This document shows, piece after piece, positions 1 through 8,666 of a stretch of DNA of 64,000 nt (position 1 is the first letter of the stretch; the number at the start of each line of letters is the position of its first letter). The translations under genes and the position numbers were made by a program. The stretch comes from Steroidobacteraceae bacterium (GTDB lineage Bacteria > Pseudomonadota > Gammaproteobacteria > Steroidobacterales > Steroidobacteraceae). The stretch is from contig DASXNX010000116.1 of the NCBI GenBank assembly GCA_036494725.1, positions 794 to 64,793 on the forward strand, given 5' to 3'. The notes under the pieces are model-generated. The model did no database searches and was not told the DNA's origin. It worked only from the letters and a program-made list of their open reading frames with translations.

Positions 1-1878
1 GACAAATTGGTCTCGCGGTAGCCACGGCGACATACGCAGGTGAGCGTCCGGATCCAGACCCTCCGCCCGGAAGGCGGCGGCAAGCCGATCTCGTAACCTG
101 ACGGTAGCCCAACCCTGTTTCTTTGGCGATGCAAGCCAGAATTCGCTGGGGCCCACGGCCCGGGCGATTCGAGCCAATAGCACATCGTTCACCGGATCGA
201 ACTTGATCGGCTGCTGACAGAGGGCGATTCGGATCGTGCCCTCCTTTCGATCTCCACCATCCCATCGCTGCGCCTGGACTGCGAACATTTCTGTGCAAGC
301 ACCGGTTCCGGGTAGCCGGACAAGCTTTTCACGATAGTGTTGATCGGCTCCCTGCCCTTCTAGAAGCTCTCCAGACTGAAATAAATCCATGGTCGGTAAT
401 CCGGTCGTTACAGGATGTCCCCAGCTGGCGACTTGCAATGGCGCCAATCGAAGGGCCGCCAATGCACAAGTTGCGGGATCCATGCCGACCTCGGGATAAA
501 AAATTACGTCAGGTCGATCTTGTGCAATCTCACCCAGCCACCCTTGCATCGGCTTAGGGCCTTGTACGAAGCGCACCGCCCGCTCACTTGCCCAGGCAGT
601 TTCTTTATCGGTGATCGAGCCCGTATGGTAGATAAATAGTTCGAACTGCCGGCGATCGAGGTGCGCAACGATGCCGCGCAATAGCACTTCCCATGCCGGA
701 TGCTGCCGGACTTGACCACTCACCACGACTACGCGGATGCGAGTTCGTGGTGATTGAATCCGGCTATAATCGCTTGTCTGTCGCCAGTGAGTCGCTGCAG
801 CAGCTGAAACCAGATCACCATAGCTGGAAAGCGGGACACTCACGTCGCCAGGTCTGTAAGCTAAGTAGAAGGGCTGGTTTCTGCCAACCGACGATCCCAG
901 TTTTCCGAGATTGGCGGTACTCCACGTCTTCAAATCATTAAGTGATTGGATAAATCGTTCGATTGCCCCCACACTCTCAGTGACCCTATCGCAGAAGATT
1001 GGGACCGTTGAGATGGCTAAATGCAACCTTGCTTCGGCGAAATCAGGTTTGAGCGCCAGCGCCTGGTGAAAGCAGGCCACCCCTTCGTCCAACTTTCCTT
1101 GCTCCCTCAGCGCGTTGCCAAGGTAGTTGTACGCTTCGGCATAATCAGGTTTGAGCGCCAGCGACTGGTGAAAGCGTGCCACCGCTTTTTCCAATTCACC
1201 TTGCTCCAGGAGGATAGTGCCGAGGTTGGCGTGTGCCTCAGCCAACCCGGGTTTCAGGGTAAGCGCCCTTAAATAAAAGGTTACTGCCTCCTCAAGTTTA
1301 CCCTGTGCCTTGAGAACATTGCCTAGATTGATATACGCTTCGGCGAATTCAGGCTTGTATCTCAAAGCGCATAGGTAAGAGCTCACCGCCTCATCGAGCC
1401 TGCCTTGAGCCTGCAGGGTATTGCCGAGGTTACAGTGCGCATCTGCATGGTCCGGCTTGGTGCTCAACGCCCGGCGGTAGGACGCGGCGGCTTCCTCCAA
1501 TTTACCTTGCGCTTGAAGAGCTGTGCCCAGGTTGTAGTGCGCCTCGATGTAGTTCGGTTTGTAAGTCAACGCTTGACCGTAAGAGCTGATCGCCTCGGTC
1601 AGTTTGCCTTGAGCCTTAAGTGCATTGCCGAGATTATTGTGGAAGGCTGGCACACTCCCATTTTGCGCGATCGCCTTCAAGATCAGATCCACCGCGACTT
1701 CGTTGCGGCCATGCTGGTGGGCAAGGACCCCGAGAAAATGCAGGGCATCGGCATGGCGACTATCAACTTGCAGAATCTGCCGGTAAAGTCGTTCCGCCTC
1801 GACCAGTCGTCCGGCCTGATGGTAACGCAGGGCGACTGCAAACATTTCACTCACGTTTATCGATGCGCCTTGCGGCAT
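1..1878 (-). CDS. TPR-repeat protein with C-terminal GT41 (SPINDLY / O-GlcNAc-transferase-like) domain; 3' end runs off the window
   Basis: Absent from the ORF track because it is open at position 1. Reverse translation from ATG (complement of 1876-1878) gives MPQGASINVSEMFAVALRYHQAGRLVEAERLYRQIL. About eight 34-aa TPR units follow (e.g. AEAYNYLGNALREQGKLDEGVACFHQALALKPDF), then RIRVVVVSGQVRQHPAWEVLL...ASWGHPVTTGLPTMDLF, typical of GT41 catalytic regions. Confidence 0.8.
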   Translation of the reverse strand, partial: MPQGASINVSEMFAVALRYHQAGRLVEAERLYRQILQVDSRHADALHFLGVLAHQHGRNEVAVDLILKAIAQNGSVPAFHNNLGNALKAQGKLTEAISSYGQALTYKPNYIEAHYNLGTALQAQGKLEEAAASYRRALSTKPDHADAHCNLGNTLQAQGRLDEAVSSYLCALRYKPEFAEAYINLGNVLKAQGKLEEAVTFYLRALTLKPGLAEAHANLGTILLEQGELEKAVARFHQSLALKPDYAEAYNYLGNALREQGKLDEGVACFHQALALKPDFAEARLHLAISTVPIFCDRVTESVGAIERFIQSLNDLKTWSTANLGKLGSSVGRNQPFYLAYRPGDVSVPLSSYGDLVSAAAATHWRQTSDYSRIQSPRTRIRVVVVSGQVRQHPAWEVLLRGIVAHLDRRQFELFIYHTGSITDKETAWASERAVRFVQGPKPMQGWLGEIAQDRPDVIFYPEVGMDPATCALAALRLAPLQVASWGHPVTTGLPTMDLFQSGELLEGQGADQHYREKLVRLPGTGACTEMFAVQAQRWDGGDRKEGTIRIALCQQPIKFDPVNDVLLARIARAVGPSEFWLASPKKQGWATVRLRDRLAAAFRAEGLDPDAHLRMSPWLPRDQFV

Positions 1879-2330
1879 AGGTTAGCGGTCAGCCAGATTG
1901 GAGCGATTCATTCGCGTGCAGACTCGCGAGCTCGCCCTCCGCGCAAGCTGGGTCTCGCCGTTTCTGTAGCACCGTCCATAAAGGGCAAGCGAAATAGACA
2001 CTCCGTCGTTGGCGAACGCGCGACTGGCTCGGCGGACTGGCACCATGGGGCTACAGGTCAATCTTCAGTCCTTTGGGCTCATAGGAACGATACGATCATA
2101 AAGCATGGAAGTTCGCAGTCGAATGATAATTCAATCGGGCGAGCACCGATCCCCGCGCGTGTGCGGTGAGGGAGTCCATGAAAGTCTGGCATCGCGCACC
2201 GACGAAGAGCGGCCAAAGCATTCTACGCGGAAAAGATCCGGGGCTGATTTCAGGGCGATGCAGCACATCCGGCGTGGCCGGTACGATTCTTCAATTTTTA
2301 GGACTTTGGCGGGCTGTCTGACCGCGGCCA

Positions 2331-2367
2331 GCTGGCACTAAAGCTCGAAGCGGGATGCCGGCTTTTT
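2331..2367 (+). terminator. Candidate intrinsic terminator in a gene-free stretch
   Basis: 7-bp stem GCTGGCA/TGCCGGC (one G-U pair), 18-nt loop, then TTTTT. No convincing upstream gene. Confidence 0.25.
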
Positions 2368-2428
2368 GCCAGGCCCGTCTCAATTAGTGCTATTCCTCGA
2401 GGGATGGTGCTCGGCGTTGGGGGCCCCG

Positions 2429-2443
2429 AAGGGGCGAGGCGCG
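2429..2443 (+). repeat. 15-nt motif AAGGGGCGAGGCGCG, copy 1
   Basis: Identical 15-mer at 7654-7668 on the same strand. Both are preceded by CCCC (one extra G in copy 1). Lies 4 nt beyond the stop of the DHFR-like gene. Confidence 0.7.
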
Positions 2444-2446
2444 CGA

Positions 2447-2980
2447 TTAAGCAGGCGTGTACGTCAACCGAATCAGGTCCTCGGCGATGAGATCGCTGGC
2501 AACCAGGCGGAGCGGAGGCCGGGGGCCGACGAAGAATGGCTTACCGCTCCCAAGCACGACGGGACGGAGATAGAGTCGATACTCATCGATAAGACCGGCC
2601 TCGCCCAGGCTTCGCGCCAGGACTGGGCCGCCAACGTCAATCTCGCCAGCCAGCTCAGCCTTCAGCCTGCGCATCGCGGCCTCGAAGTCATCCGCGACCA
2701 GCGTGGCGTTGGGTCCAACTGTCTTGAGCGAACGCGACACGACCCACTTCGGTTTACTCCGCCACGCCGCCGCGAAGTCGCGATCCTCCGCGTCCCAGCC
2801 AGGAAGGTCTTCGTCCCAATAACGCATGATCTCGTACAGGCCGCGACCATATATGCAGCCCGTCAGGCCACGCACATGCTCGACGAAGTGACGAAAGGCC
2901 GAGGGCACCGGCGGCCCCAATTTCATGTGGTCGACGTAGCCGTCCAGAGACTGGTTCATTCCGAAGACAAGTTTCGCCAT
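2447..2980 (-). CDS. Dihydrofolate reductase family protein (RibD C-terminal domain type)
   Basis: MAKLVFGMNQSLDGYVDHM...GEIDVGGPVLARSLGEAGLIDEYRLYLRPVVLGSGKPFF is characteristic of the RibD_C/DHFR-like family. I start at the internal ATG (2980) rather than the 216-aa longest ORF. Confidence 0.8.
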   Translation of the reverse strand: MAKLVFGMNQSLDGYVDHMKLGPPVPSAFRHFVEHVRGLTGCIYGRGLYEIMRYWDEDLPGWDAEDRDFAAAWRSKPKWVVSRSLKTVGPNATLVADDFEAAMRRLKAELAGEIDVGGPVLARSLGEAGLIDEYRLYLRPVVLGSGKPFFVGPRPPLRLVASDLIAEDLIRLTYTPA

Positions 2981-3005
2981 GGGAATGACCGCTCCTGGGG
3001 TGGAC

Positions 3006-3452
3006 TCAGGGCGGTTGCCGCCGCTTCGATTCGAAGGCAATGGTGTCCAGGTACTCGCGGCGGCGGTAGAGCTCGGTCTGCCCTGCCGGAAAGCCATTCG
3101 ATTTCAGCACGAATGCCAGTATGTCTGCGTATTGGTCGCGGCTTAAGCCTCCCGCATTATTGAGCGGCATGGTGGTCCTGATGCGATCGAATAGCTCGCC
3201 GACACTCAAGCCGTCGAAGTCGGAAACGAATCGCACGCCCGTCAGTGCCGGGGCCTCCCCAATCCCACCCAGCGAGGCGCCGTGGCAAACAGCGCAATGC
3301 GCGGTGTAAGACGCAGTTCCCCGCACCGCCTGCACGTCGGTGTAGACCCCATCCCACACTGAGCTCGTAAAATCGGCGTCCGCGCCCAGGCTCGCGGCAG
3401 CGAGCATCCCCATTCCGATTGCCGCAGCCAATCGCGCCGAGGTCCCTCTCAA
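3006..3452 (-). CDS. Mono-haem c-type cytochrome, exported
   Basis: Single CAVCH haem-binding motif and signal-like N-terminus MRGTSARLAAAIGMGMLAAASLGADA. The TTG start overlaps the upstream stop (TTGA). An ATG 13 codons downstream is an alternative start. Confidence 0.8.
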   Translation of the reverse strand: MRGTSARLAAAIGMGMLAAASLGADADFTSSVWDGVYTDVQAVRGTASYTAHCAVCHGASLGGIGEAPALTGVRFVSDFDGLSVGELFDRIRTTMPLNNAGGLSRDQYADILAFVLKSNGFPAGQTELYRRREYLDTIAFESKRRQPP

Positions 3453-4435
3453 GCCATCGCCTTCATCTGTTCAACGCCCCTTTTAATGGCCGCCTTTTGC
3501 GCGTCAGTCACATCGACGCTGGGCCAACGGGGATATGACTGCATTCCTCCCATCTGAAGACTCAGCGCATACTTCATCGGCCCATAGTCATCGATTCCGG
3601 TCTTGGTGTCTTCCATCATCTTTTGCATGGCCACGTATTCTTGGTACGGCGCATGGTAATCCTTGCCGGCGCGATAGGCCGCAAACACTTTTGCGAGCGG
3701 CCGGGTAAACAAATTGCCGTCCATGCAGATTGCGCCCATCCCGTGCGCCAGCGCGTATTCGAGATTGTTCTCCGTCCCCGTGCGCATGTTGAGCTGCGGG
3801 AAGGCTGCAACGAATTCGGCGTATTCTGCCGGCGGCCCGTTTGAGTCCTTGATTCCCGCCAAGTTCGGATAGTGCATCAAGCTGCGCAGCAGCGCGTGAC
3901 TGATCGATACGCCGCTGGTGCCCGGAATGTGATACAGATTGATCGGTATGCTGACTTGATCGAACAGCATCGAGAAGTAGCTGATCAACCCTTGAGTCGG
4001 CGGCTTTTTGTAATAGAACGGCGGAACCACCAGCAAACCGTCCGCGCCGTTGCTCTCGGCATGCTTGGATAGCTCCAGCGTTTCGGGAAAATTTGACGTG
4101 CCGGGTCCAACGATAATATTCATGCCCTGCTTGTCTTTGAGCGCGACCTCCGCAATTTTCTTGCGTTCCTCGAGCGAGAAGGAAGGAAACTCGCCCGTGG
4201 TGCCCAGCACCACAACGCCATCGGCGCCGTTTTGCTTGAACCACGCCAGAATGTCCCGAAAGGCGCCGGCGTCGAATTTCCGATTCTTGTCACAGGGTGT
4301 CACGGTCGCCACCCAGAATAGTGTCTTCGCAGAACTGCCGAGACGACGTGGCGCATCCTCGGCTGCCGCCGTACCGACCAAGGCGCCGGCGGCTGCGGCC
4401 CCCATCATTCCGATTACCTCGCGTCGCGTATTCAT
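3449..4435 (-). CDS. DHDPS/N-acetylneuraminate-lyase family class I aldolase with twin-arginine (Tat) signal peptide
   Basis: Family motifs GTTGEFPS, YHIPGTSG (Tyr) and AGIKDSNG (Schiff-base Lys). N-terminus MNTRREVIGMMGAAAAGALVGTAAAED has a T-R-R-x-V-I Tat motif, a hydrophobic core and an AxA site. Confidence 0.85.
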   Translation of the reverse strand: MNTRREVIGMMGAAAAGALVGTAAAEDAPRRLGSSAKTLFWVATVTPCDKNRKFDAGAFRDILAWFKQNGADGVVVLGTTGEFPSFSLEERKKIAEVALKDKQGMNIIVGPGTSNFPETLELSKHAESNGADGLLVVPPFYYKKPPTQGLISYFSMLFDQVSIPINLYHIPGTSGVSISHALLRSLMHYPNLAGIKDSNGPPAEYAEFVAAFPQLNMRTGTENNLEYALAHGMGAICMDGNLFTRPLAKVFAAYRAGKDYHAPYQEYVAMQKMMEDTKTGIDDYGPMKYALSLQMGGMQSYPRWPSVDVTDAQKAAIKRGVEQMKAMA

Positions 4436-4477
4436 TATTTTCTCCAGACCTCGATTACAGCCCTATTTGAGAGGCAA

Positions 4478-5530
4478 CTACTGCTTCGCATATTTAACGA
4501 CGCCGCGCGGCTGGACATTCGCGGAATACACATTACCGTCGCCATCCGCGGTGACACCTTCTCCGCCGCTGGTGTCCTTATTGTTCTGATCGGGCGTCGA
4601 ATCAGGAATGAAGGCGGTGACCGAGCCGTCTTTGACGCTGCCGATACGGATGCCGCGTTTCCAGCCGGGATGATACCCATAGCCCGGCGGATCGCGCGAT
4701 TCGGAATCAGTGACGTAAATGACGTCGTGGCGGTCGATGAACAATCCACTGGGTCTGCTGAATTGCCGCCAGATCGCGAGCAACTTGCCCTCCTGATCGA
4801 AAATCTGAATGCGATCGTTACCGCGATCACCGACGAACAGCCGGCCCTTCGAATCCATGCCTAAGGTGTGCGGCATTTCGAATTGACCGGGCCCGCTGCC
4901 GTGTTCGCCCCATTGCTTGATGAATTTGCCGCCGGCGTCGAACTTGACTATTCGAGCGTTGCCCTGACCGGGTTCGTGACCGTCAGCCACGAAGATTGTG
5001 CCGTTGGGTGCGACCAAGACCGCGCTCGGTTCGTGCAGGGTATCGGGACCGTTCCCGGATATTCCGGGCTTTCCCAAGGTGAGCAATACCTTGCCGCTGC
5101 GGTCGAATTCGAGGACATCGTCGCCCTTGCCCTCGCCGACGTGGCCGTCGGTGATCCAGATATGATCGGCTTTGTCGATGAACAGTCCGTGGGGGAAGAG
5201 CAGCAAGCCGCTGCCGAACGACTTGAGCAAATTGCCGCGTGCATCGAACTCCATGACGGGGTCGAGCTTGCTGCCGGCGCAGTTATTGGCGCCGCAGCGG
5301 TCAGCGATCCAAATATGGCCCTCGTGATCAACCGCGACGGCGCTGGAGGACCCCAGCGTGCGGCCGGCAGGCAGCTTGAAAAAACTTTCGACCGCGCGAT
5401 AGGGATTGGGCGCCGAATTCGTCGGCGCCGTGTCGGCCGCAGCGACCCCTTCAGCGCAAGCCTGATTGGCGGCCATACCGCTTATCGACCCGAGTGCCGC
5501 CAGGATTCCAATTCCAATCATGTGCTTCAT
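4478..5530 (-). CDS. NHL-repeat six-bladed beta-propeller protein, peptidyl-alpha-hydroxyglycine amidating lyase (PAL)-like, exported
   Basis: Start at MKHMIGIGILAALGSISGMAANQACA (RBS GGAGAAG upstream). Repeated blades include FPHGLFIDKADHIWITD, PSAVLVAPNGTIFVADG, MPHTLGMDSKGRLFVGDRGNDRIQIF and PSGLFIDRHDVIYVTD. Confidence 0.75.
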   Translation of the reverse strand: MKHMIGIGILAALGSISGMAANQACAEGVAAADTAPTNSAPNPYRAVESFFKLPAGRTLGSSSAVAVDHEGHIWIADRCGANNCAGSKLDPVMEFDARGNLLKSFGSGLLLFPHGLFIDKADHIWITDGHVGEGKGDDVLEFDRSGKVLLTLGKPGISGNGPDTLHEPSAVLVAPNGTIFVADGHEPGQGNARIVKFDAGGKFIKQWGEHGSGPGQFEMPHTLGMDSKGRLFVGDRGNDRIQIFDQEGKLLAIWRQFSRPSGLFIDRHDVIYVTDSESRDPPGYGYHPGWKRGIRIGSVKDGSVTAFIPDSTPDQNNKDTSGGEGVTADGDGNVYSANVQPRGVVKYAKQ

Positions 5531-5541
5531 GCGGTCTTCTC

Positions 5542-7611
5542 CTAGTCCTTGGAAGGCAGTGAATAGCAAATGTATTCTCCCGAGTAGCTGCCGCCGCTGA
5601 CCGCCACGATCAAGTACTGCTTGCCGTTGCGCATGAAGGTCATCGGCGAGCCGCTTTGCGGCGCAGGCATCCACACCGCGCCGACTTCTTTGCCGTCCTT
5701 CTGGTCGTAGGCACGCAGCATCGCGCCACGCGGATGATCTGCCGTGGTCGTGACCATGCTGTCGCCGGCGATCACCAAGGTCTTGGTGACCAGGGTTCCG
5801 ATGTTGTAGCTGGTTTGCCCGGTGCGCGGAATGCTGATTCCCTTGAGCGCGGGGCTGTTGCGCACGAAGTCCGGCGTTTCGCCGTGCGCGACCTGCCATT
5901 TGGTCTCTCCGGTGTTCAAGTCGATTGCACTGATCGTGCTGTAGGGCGGCTTGATGATGGGCAGCCCTTCGACGGTCAATTGCTCATCTTCGTCGTCCTC
6001 ACTCTTGGGCGGCGCTTTCGATTTCACCAATGGCGCGTCGGCCCCTTGGTTTGTACCGGAAGCGTTGATCATGACGACTTGCTTCCCTGCCTTGCCCACC
6101 ACATAGCGAATGTCCGACAGGCCGGGTGGAGGCGGCACCAATCCGATGGGAACGAGGCACGAATTGCAGCCAAACACGAACACGGTGTGAGTTTCCGGAT
6201 TGAACGACCCTCCGGGCCAGTTGGTGCCGCCGTCGGCGGGACCCAACATCAATGTCGAGAGCGGCCCGGGCCTCTGGCTGAGCACGGGCGGCGTGTAGAT
6301 CGGCCCCAGCTTATAGTTCTTGACCAATTCCAGCGCCCGGCTGTGCATTGCGGGCGTGAAATCGATGAGGTCCTCCGCGGTTACGCCGGTGCGAGCATAC
6401 GCCGCAGGACGGGAAGGTATGGGCTGAGTGGGGGCATACCATTCACCCGGAACGGTACCCTTTTCCACTTTGCGTTCCGGAATGGGCCATACCGGCTTGC
6501 CCGTCAAGCGATCGAATACATACAGATAACCCTGCTTGGTCGGTTCTGCGACAGCCTTGATCGGCTTTCCGTTGACCGTGATATCGATCAGCAAGGGTGC
6601 GGCCGCGATGTCGTAGTCCCAGATCTCGTGATGAATCAACTGGAAATACCACTTAACCTTGCCGGTCTTCAGGTCGACCGCCACCAAGGCGTTGCCATAG
6701 AGACCATTACCCGGGCGATGTCCGCCGTAAAAATCGCTGGTCGGAGATTCGACCGGCAGATAGGCAAGACCTGCCTCAGGATCGGCAGTGATTTCCGTCC
6801 ACACGCCGGTGTTGCCCGTATATTCCGCGGAGCCATTGAGCCAGGTCTCATAGCCCGGCTCGCCCTTCTGCGGAATGGTGCGAAATTCCCAGATCTTCTT
6901 CCCGGTGCGCACATCGTAGGCGCGCGCCGAGCCCTTGTTGTTGCGGTAGCTGACCGGCGTGAAGCCTTCGCGAAATGCCGAACCGATCAAGATGGAATCG
7001 CCCACGACCGTGGGTGCCGACTGCCAACCGATCTCACCGGTGGTCAGGTTTGGTTCGATTTTCTGTTCATCGTCCGCCTTCAAGTCCACGGAGCCGCCGT
7101 TGCCGAACGAGTTGATCCGCTGACCCGTCTTTGCATCCAAGGCGATGAGAAAGTAGCCCGGGGTCACGTAGAGAATGCGCGCCTCATTCCCGTCGCTCCA
7201 ATAAGATAATCCGCGCCCCGACAATTGCCGCGGCGCCGCGGCGCCCCTCGCGCCTTCATGCTCGCCGTGCACCCAAAGAAGTTCGCCGGTCACTGCATCG
7301 AGTGCGATCACCCCGCGCCTCGACCCGGCCGTCGTGTAAATGACGCCACCAACCTCGAGCGGCGTGCCCTCGAGCTTGAACTCTGGACGATTGCCGATGT
7401 GATCCGTCTTGAACCGCCAGACAACTTCCAGATCTTTAAAATTCGTGGCGTTGATTTGATCGAGCGGCTTGTAGCGGCTGCCGTCCCAATTGCCCGTGTA
7501 AGTCGGCCATTCCACATCGGTTGTGTCCGCCCAAACGGGAACCCAGGCACCGGCCGAAATGAATCCAATCAGGCTCGTTGCAAATAACAGTCTGGACCTT
7601 TTTATTGTCAC
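5542..7611 (-). CDS. PQQ-dependent (quinoprotein) dehydrogenase, soluble periplasmic type
   Basis: Seven A-x-D-x-x-T-G-x-x-x-W propeller motifs (ALDAVTGELLW, AYDVRTGKKIW, AVDLKTGKVKW, VFDRLTGKPVW, AIDLNTGETKW and others). I start at GTG 7611 (VTIKRSRLLFATSLIGFISAGAWVPVWA, RBS GAGGGG 6 nt upstream), not the TTG longest ORF. Confidence 0.85.
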   Translation of the reverse strand: MTIKRSRLLFATSLIGFISAGAWVPVWADTTDVEWPTYTGNWDGSRYKPLDQINATNFKDLEVVWRFKTDHIGNRPEFKLEGTPLEVGGVIYTTAGSRRGVIALDAVTGELLWVHGEHEGARGAAAPRQLSGRGLSYWSDGNEARILYVTPGYFLIALDAKTGQRINSFGNGGSVDLKADDEQKIEPNLTTGEIGWQSAPTVVGDSILIGSAFREGFTPVSYRNNKGSARAYDVRTGKKIWEFRTIPQKGEPGYETWLNGSAEYTGNTGVWTEITADPEAGLAYLPVESPTSDFYGGHRPGNGLYGNALVAVDLKTGKVKWYFQLIHHEIWDYDIAAAPLLIDITVNGKPIKAVAEPTKQGYLYVFDRLTGKPVWPIPERKVEKGTVPGEWYAPTQPIPSRPAAYARTGVTAEDLIDFTPAMHSRALELVKNYKLGPIYTPPVLSQRPGPLSTLMLGPADGGTNWPGGSFNPETHTVFVFGCNSCLVPIGLVPPPPGLSDIRYVVGKAGKQVVMINASGTNQGADAPLVKSKAPPKSEDDEDEQLTVEGLPIIKPPYSTISAIDLNTGETKWQVAHGETPDFVRNSPALKGISIPRTGQTSYNIGTLVTKTLVIAGDSMVTTTADHPRGAMLRAYDQKDGKEVGAVWMPAPQSGSPMTFMRNGKQYLIVAVSGGSYSGEYICYSLPSKD

Positions 7612-7653
7612 GCGTATCCCCTCGATTGAAATGTTGAGCGCCCTGGTTACCCC

Positions 7654-7668
7654 AAGGGGCGAGGCGCG
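7654..7668 (+). repeat. 15-nt motif AAGGGGCGAGGCGCG, copy 2
   Basis: Identical to 2429-2443. Lies in the 122-nt spacer between the DUF2950 gene and the PQQ dehydrogenase gene, next to a 6-bp hairpin (7673-7692). Confidence 0.7.
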
Positions 7669-7733
7669 GAGCACCGAGTCATCCCGCTCGGTATTATTCT
7701 GAGTTTTTCCTATTTCGTGGAGTGCCCACTTGC

Positions 7734-8666
7734 TCAATGCACCGCACGCCAGGTTGCATCCGGGTCGTACGCGCTCATCGCCTTTGCGTTCTCCTCGGTC
7801 GTCGTCCCCAAGTCTTTTTCGTATACCACGCCCTGCTTTCCCACGATGAATGTCATCACCCCGCTGCTGCGATACTCCGCCGGATAGGCGATGAACGCGA
7901 ATCCGGCGGTCATTTTACCATCCACCACATAGTCCTTCGCACCGCCCTTCGCGTGGGCGCCCTGCGCTTTCAGTATCCGATAGTAATAGCCGTGGAAGGG
8001 GACAGGCCTGCGGATCTGTTGCGTGCCGTCATCGGCTTCATTCGTCGCTTCCGCGACCAGAGCGCCGGTCGGACTCGGATTTTCGCCTTCTTTGACTTCC
8101 CAGTACAAACCATTTTCAGTGCCTGCCTTGCTGCGAAAGCGCTGCGCGTAGATGCCGGCGGGATTGCCGTCATGTGCCGCGGCAGCATAAGCCTTTTGAG
8201 CATCGTGCAATGCGCCGCATACCTTGATCGCGTCCAACTCGTTTTGTCCTATGCGGCGGTACGCCAATTCCTGCGCACCCTCCTCCGCATCGAAATGCCA
8301 CGCACCATCGACGCGTTCGATCGGAAATGGCAGCTCCCAGCTCGATGCGCCAACACGCAGCATCACTTTGTCGGGCGCCACGCGAACAAGGCTATGCGCC
8401 TCGTCGTAGCGCATGAGGAAGGACAGACGCGCGGCTTCGTCCTGAGCAGGATCTCCAGAGGTCATGAGTTCCTGCGCCTTCGCACCGAGAATGCTCGCCA
8501 GAGCGGCGGTGTCGTTGTCCCGCTGTGCCGCGACAAACGCGCTCGCGGCAGCGCGATAAGTAGGAAAGGTCTTGACCTGGCTGTCCTGCGCCAAGGCGAG
8601 GCCGGCCGCAAAAACGAAACTCACCGGAACGAGCGAGCGATAGAGTTGAACGGATAAACGCATCAT
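7734..8666 (-). CDS. DUF2950 family exported protein
   Basis: Signal peptide MMRLSVQLYRSLVPVSFVFAAGLALAQD. C-terminal YYYRILKAQGAHAKGG...MTAGFAFIAYPAEYRSSGVMTFIVGKQGVVYEKDLG matches my memory of DUF2950. The start overlaps the upstream stop (ATGA). Confidence 0.8.
   Translation of the reverse strand: MMRLSVQLYRSLVPVSFVFAAGLALAQDSQVKTFPTYRAAASAFVAAQRDNDTAALASILGAKAQELMTSGDPAQDEAARLSFLMRYDEAHSLVRVAPDKVMLRVGASSWELPFPIERVDGAWHFDAEEGAQELAYRRIGQNELDAIKVCGALHDAQKAYAAAAHDGNPAGIYAQRFRSKAGTENGLYWEVKEGENPSPTGALVAEATNEADDGTQQIRRPVPFHGYYYRILKAQGAHAKGGAKDYVVDGKMTAGFAFIAYPAEYRSSGVMTFIVGKQGVVYEKDLGTTTEENAKAMSAYDPDATWRAVH

Noticed and set aside
1021-1272. Plus-strand ORF with an internally repeated peptide (IRFERQRLVKA... 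twice).
   Set aside because: It is the antisense image of two near-identical 102-bp TPR units of the minus-strand TPR-GT41 gene.
2240-2262. GGGGCTGATTTCAGGGCGATGCA, which resembles the 5' end of tmRNA (GGGGCUGAUUCUGGAUUCGAC).
   Set aside because: No tag reading frame, no pseudoknot region, and no T-arm/CCA-like 3' end within the expected ~360 nt (which would run into the DHFR-like gene). No permuted arrangement is visible either.
2105-2341. 78-aa ORF that ends right at the terminator-like hairpin.
   Set aside because: Third-position GC is much lower than in the real genes here. The product is basic and motif-free, with no RBS. I treat the region as non-coding or unknown.
5656-7209. 517-aa plus-strand ORF antisense to the PQQ dehydrogenase. 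Similar long antisense or alternate-frame ORFs occur at 38103-39878, 56427-57920, 62559-63818, 42285-43577, 48209-49357, 24525-25703, 58138-59073, 17600-19063 and 14984-15817.
   Set aside because: Their translations are Arg/Gly/Ala/His-rich with no motifs. They lie opposite or out of frame to genes with clear family signatures. This is the typical stop-codon-poor artefact of high-GC DNA.
7612-7737. N-terminal 42-codon extension of the PQQ dehydrogenase ORF (TTG start overlapping the DUF2950 stop). Similar longest-ORF extensions occur for the DHFR-like, NHL, RND, adaptor, OMF, hydrolase, guaB, xseA, GFA, methyltransferase and response-regulator genes.
   Set aside because: The extensions lack signal peptide or domain logic. 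A downstream start with an RBS gives the expected N-terminus (signal peptide or conserved opening) in each case.
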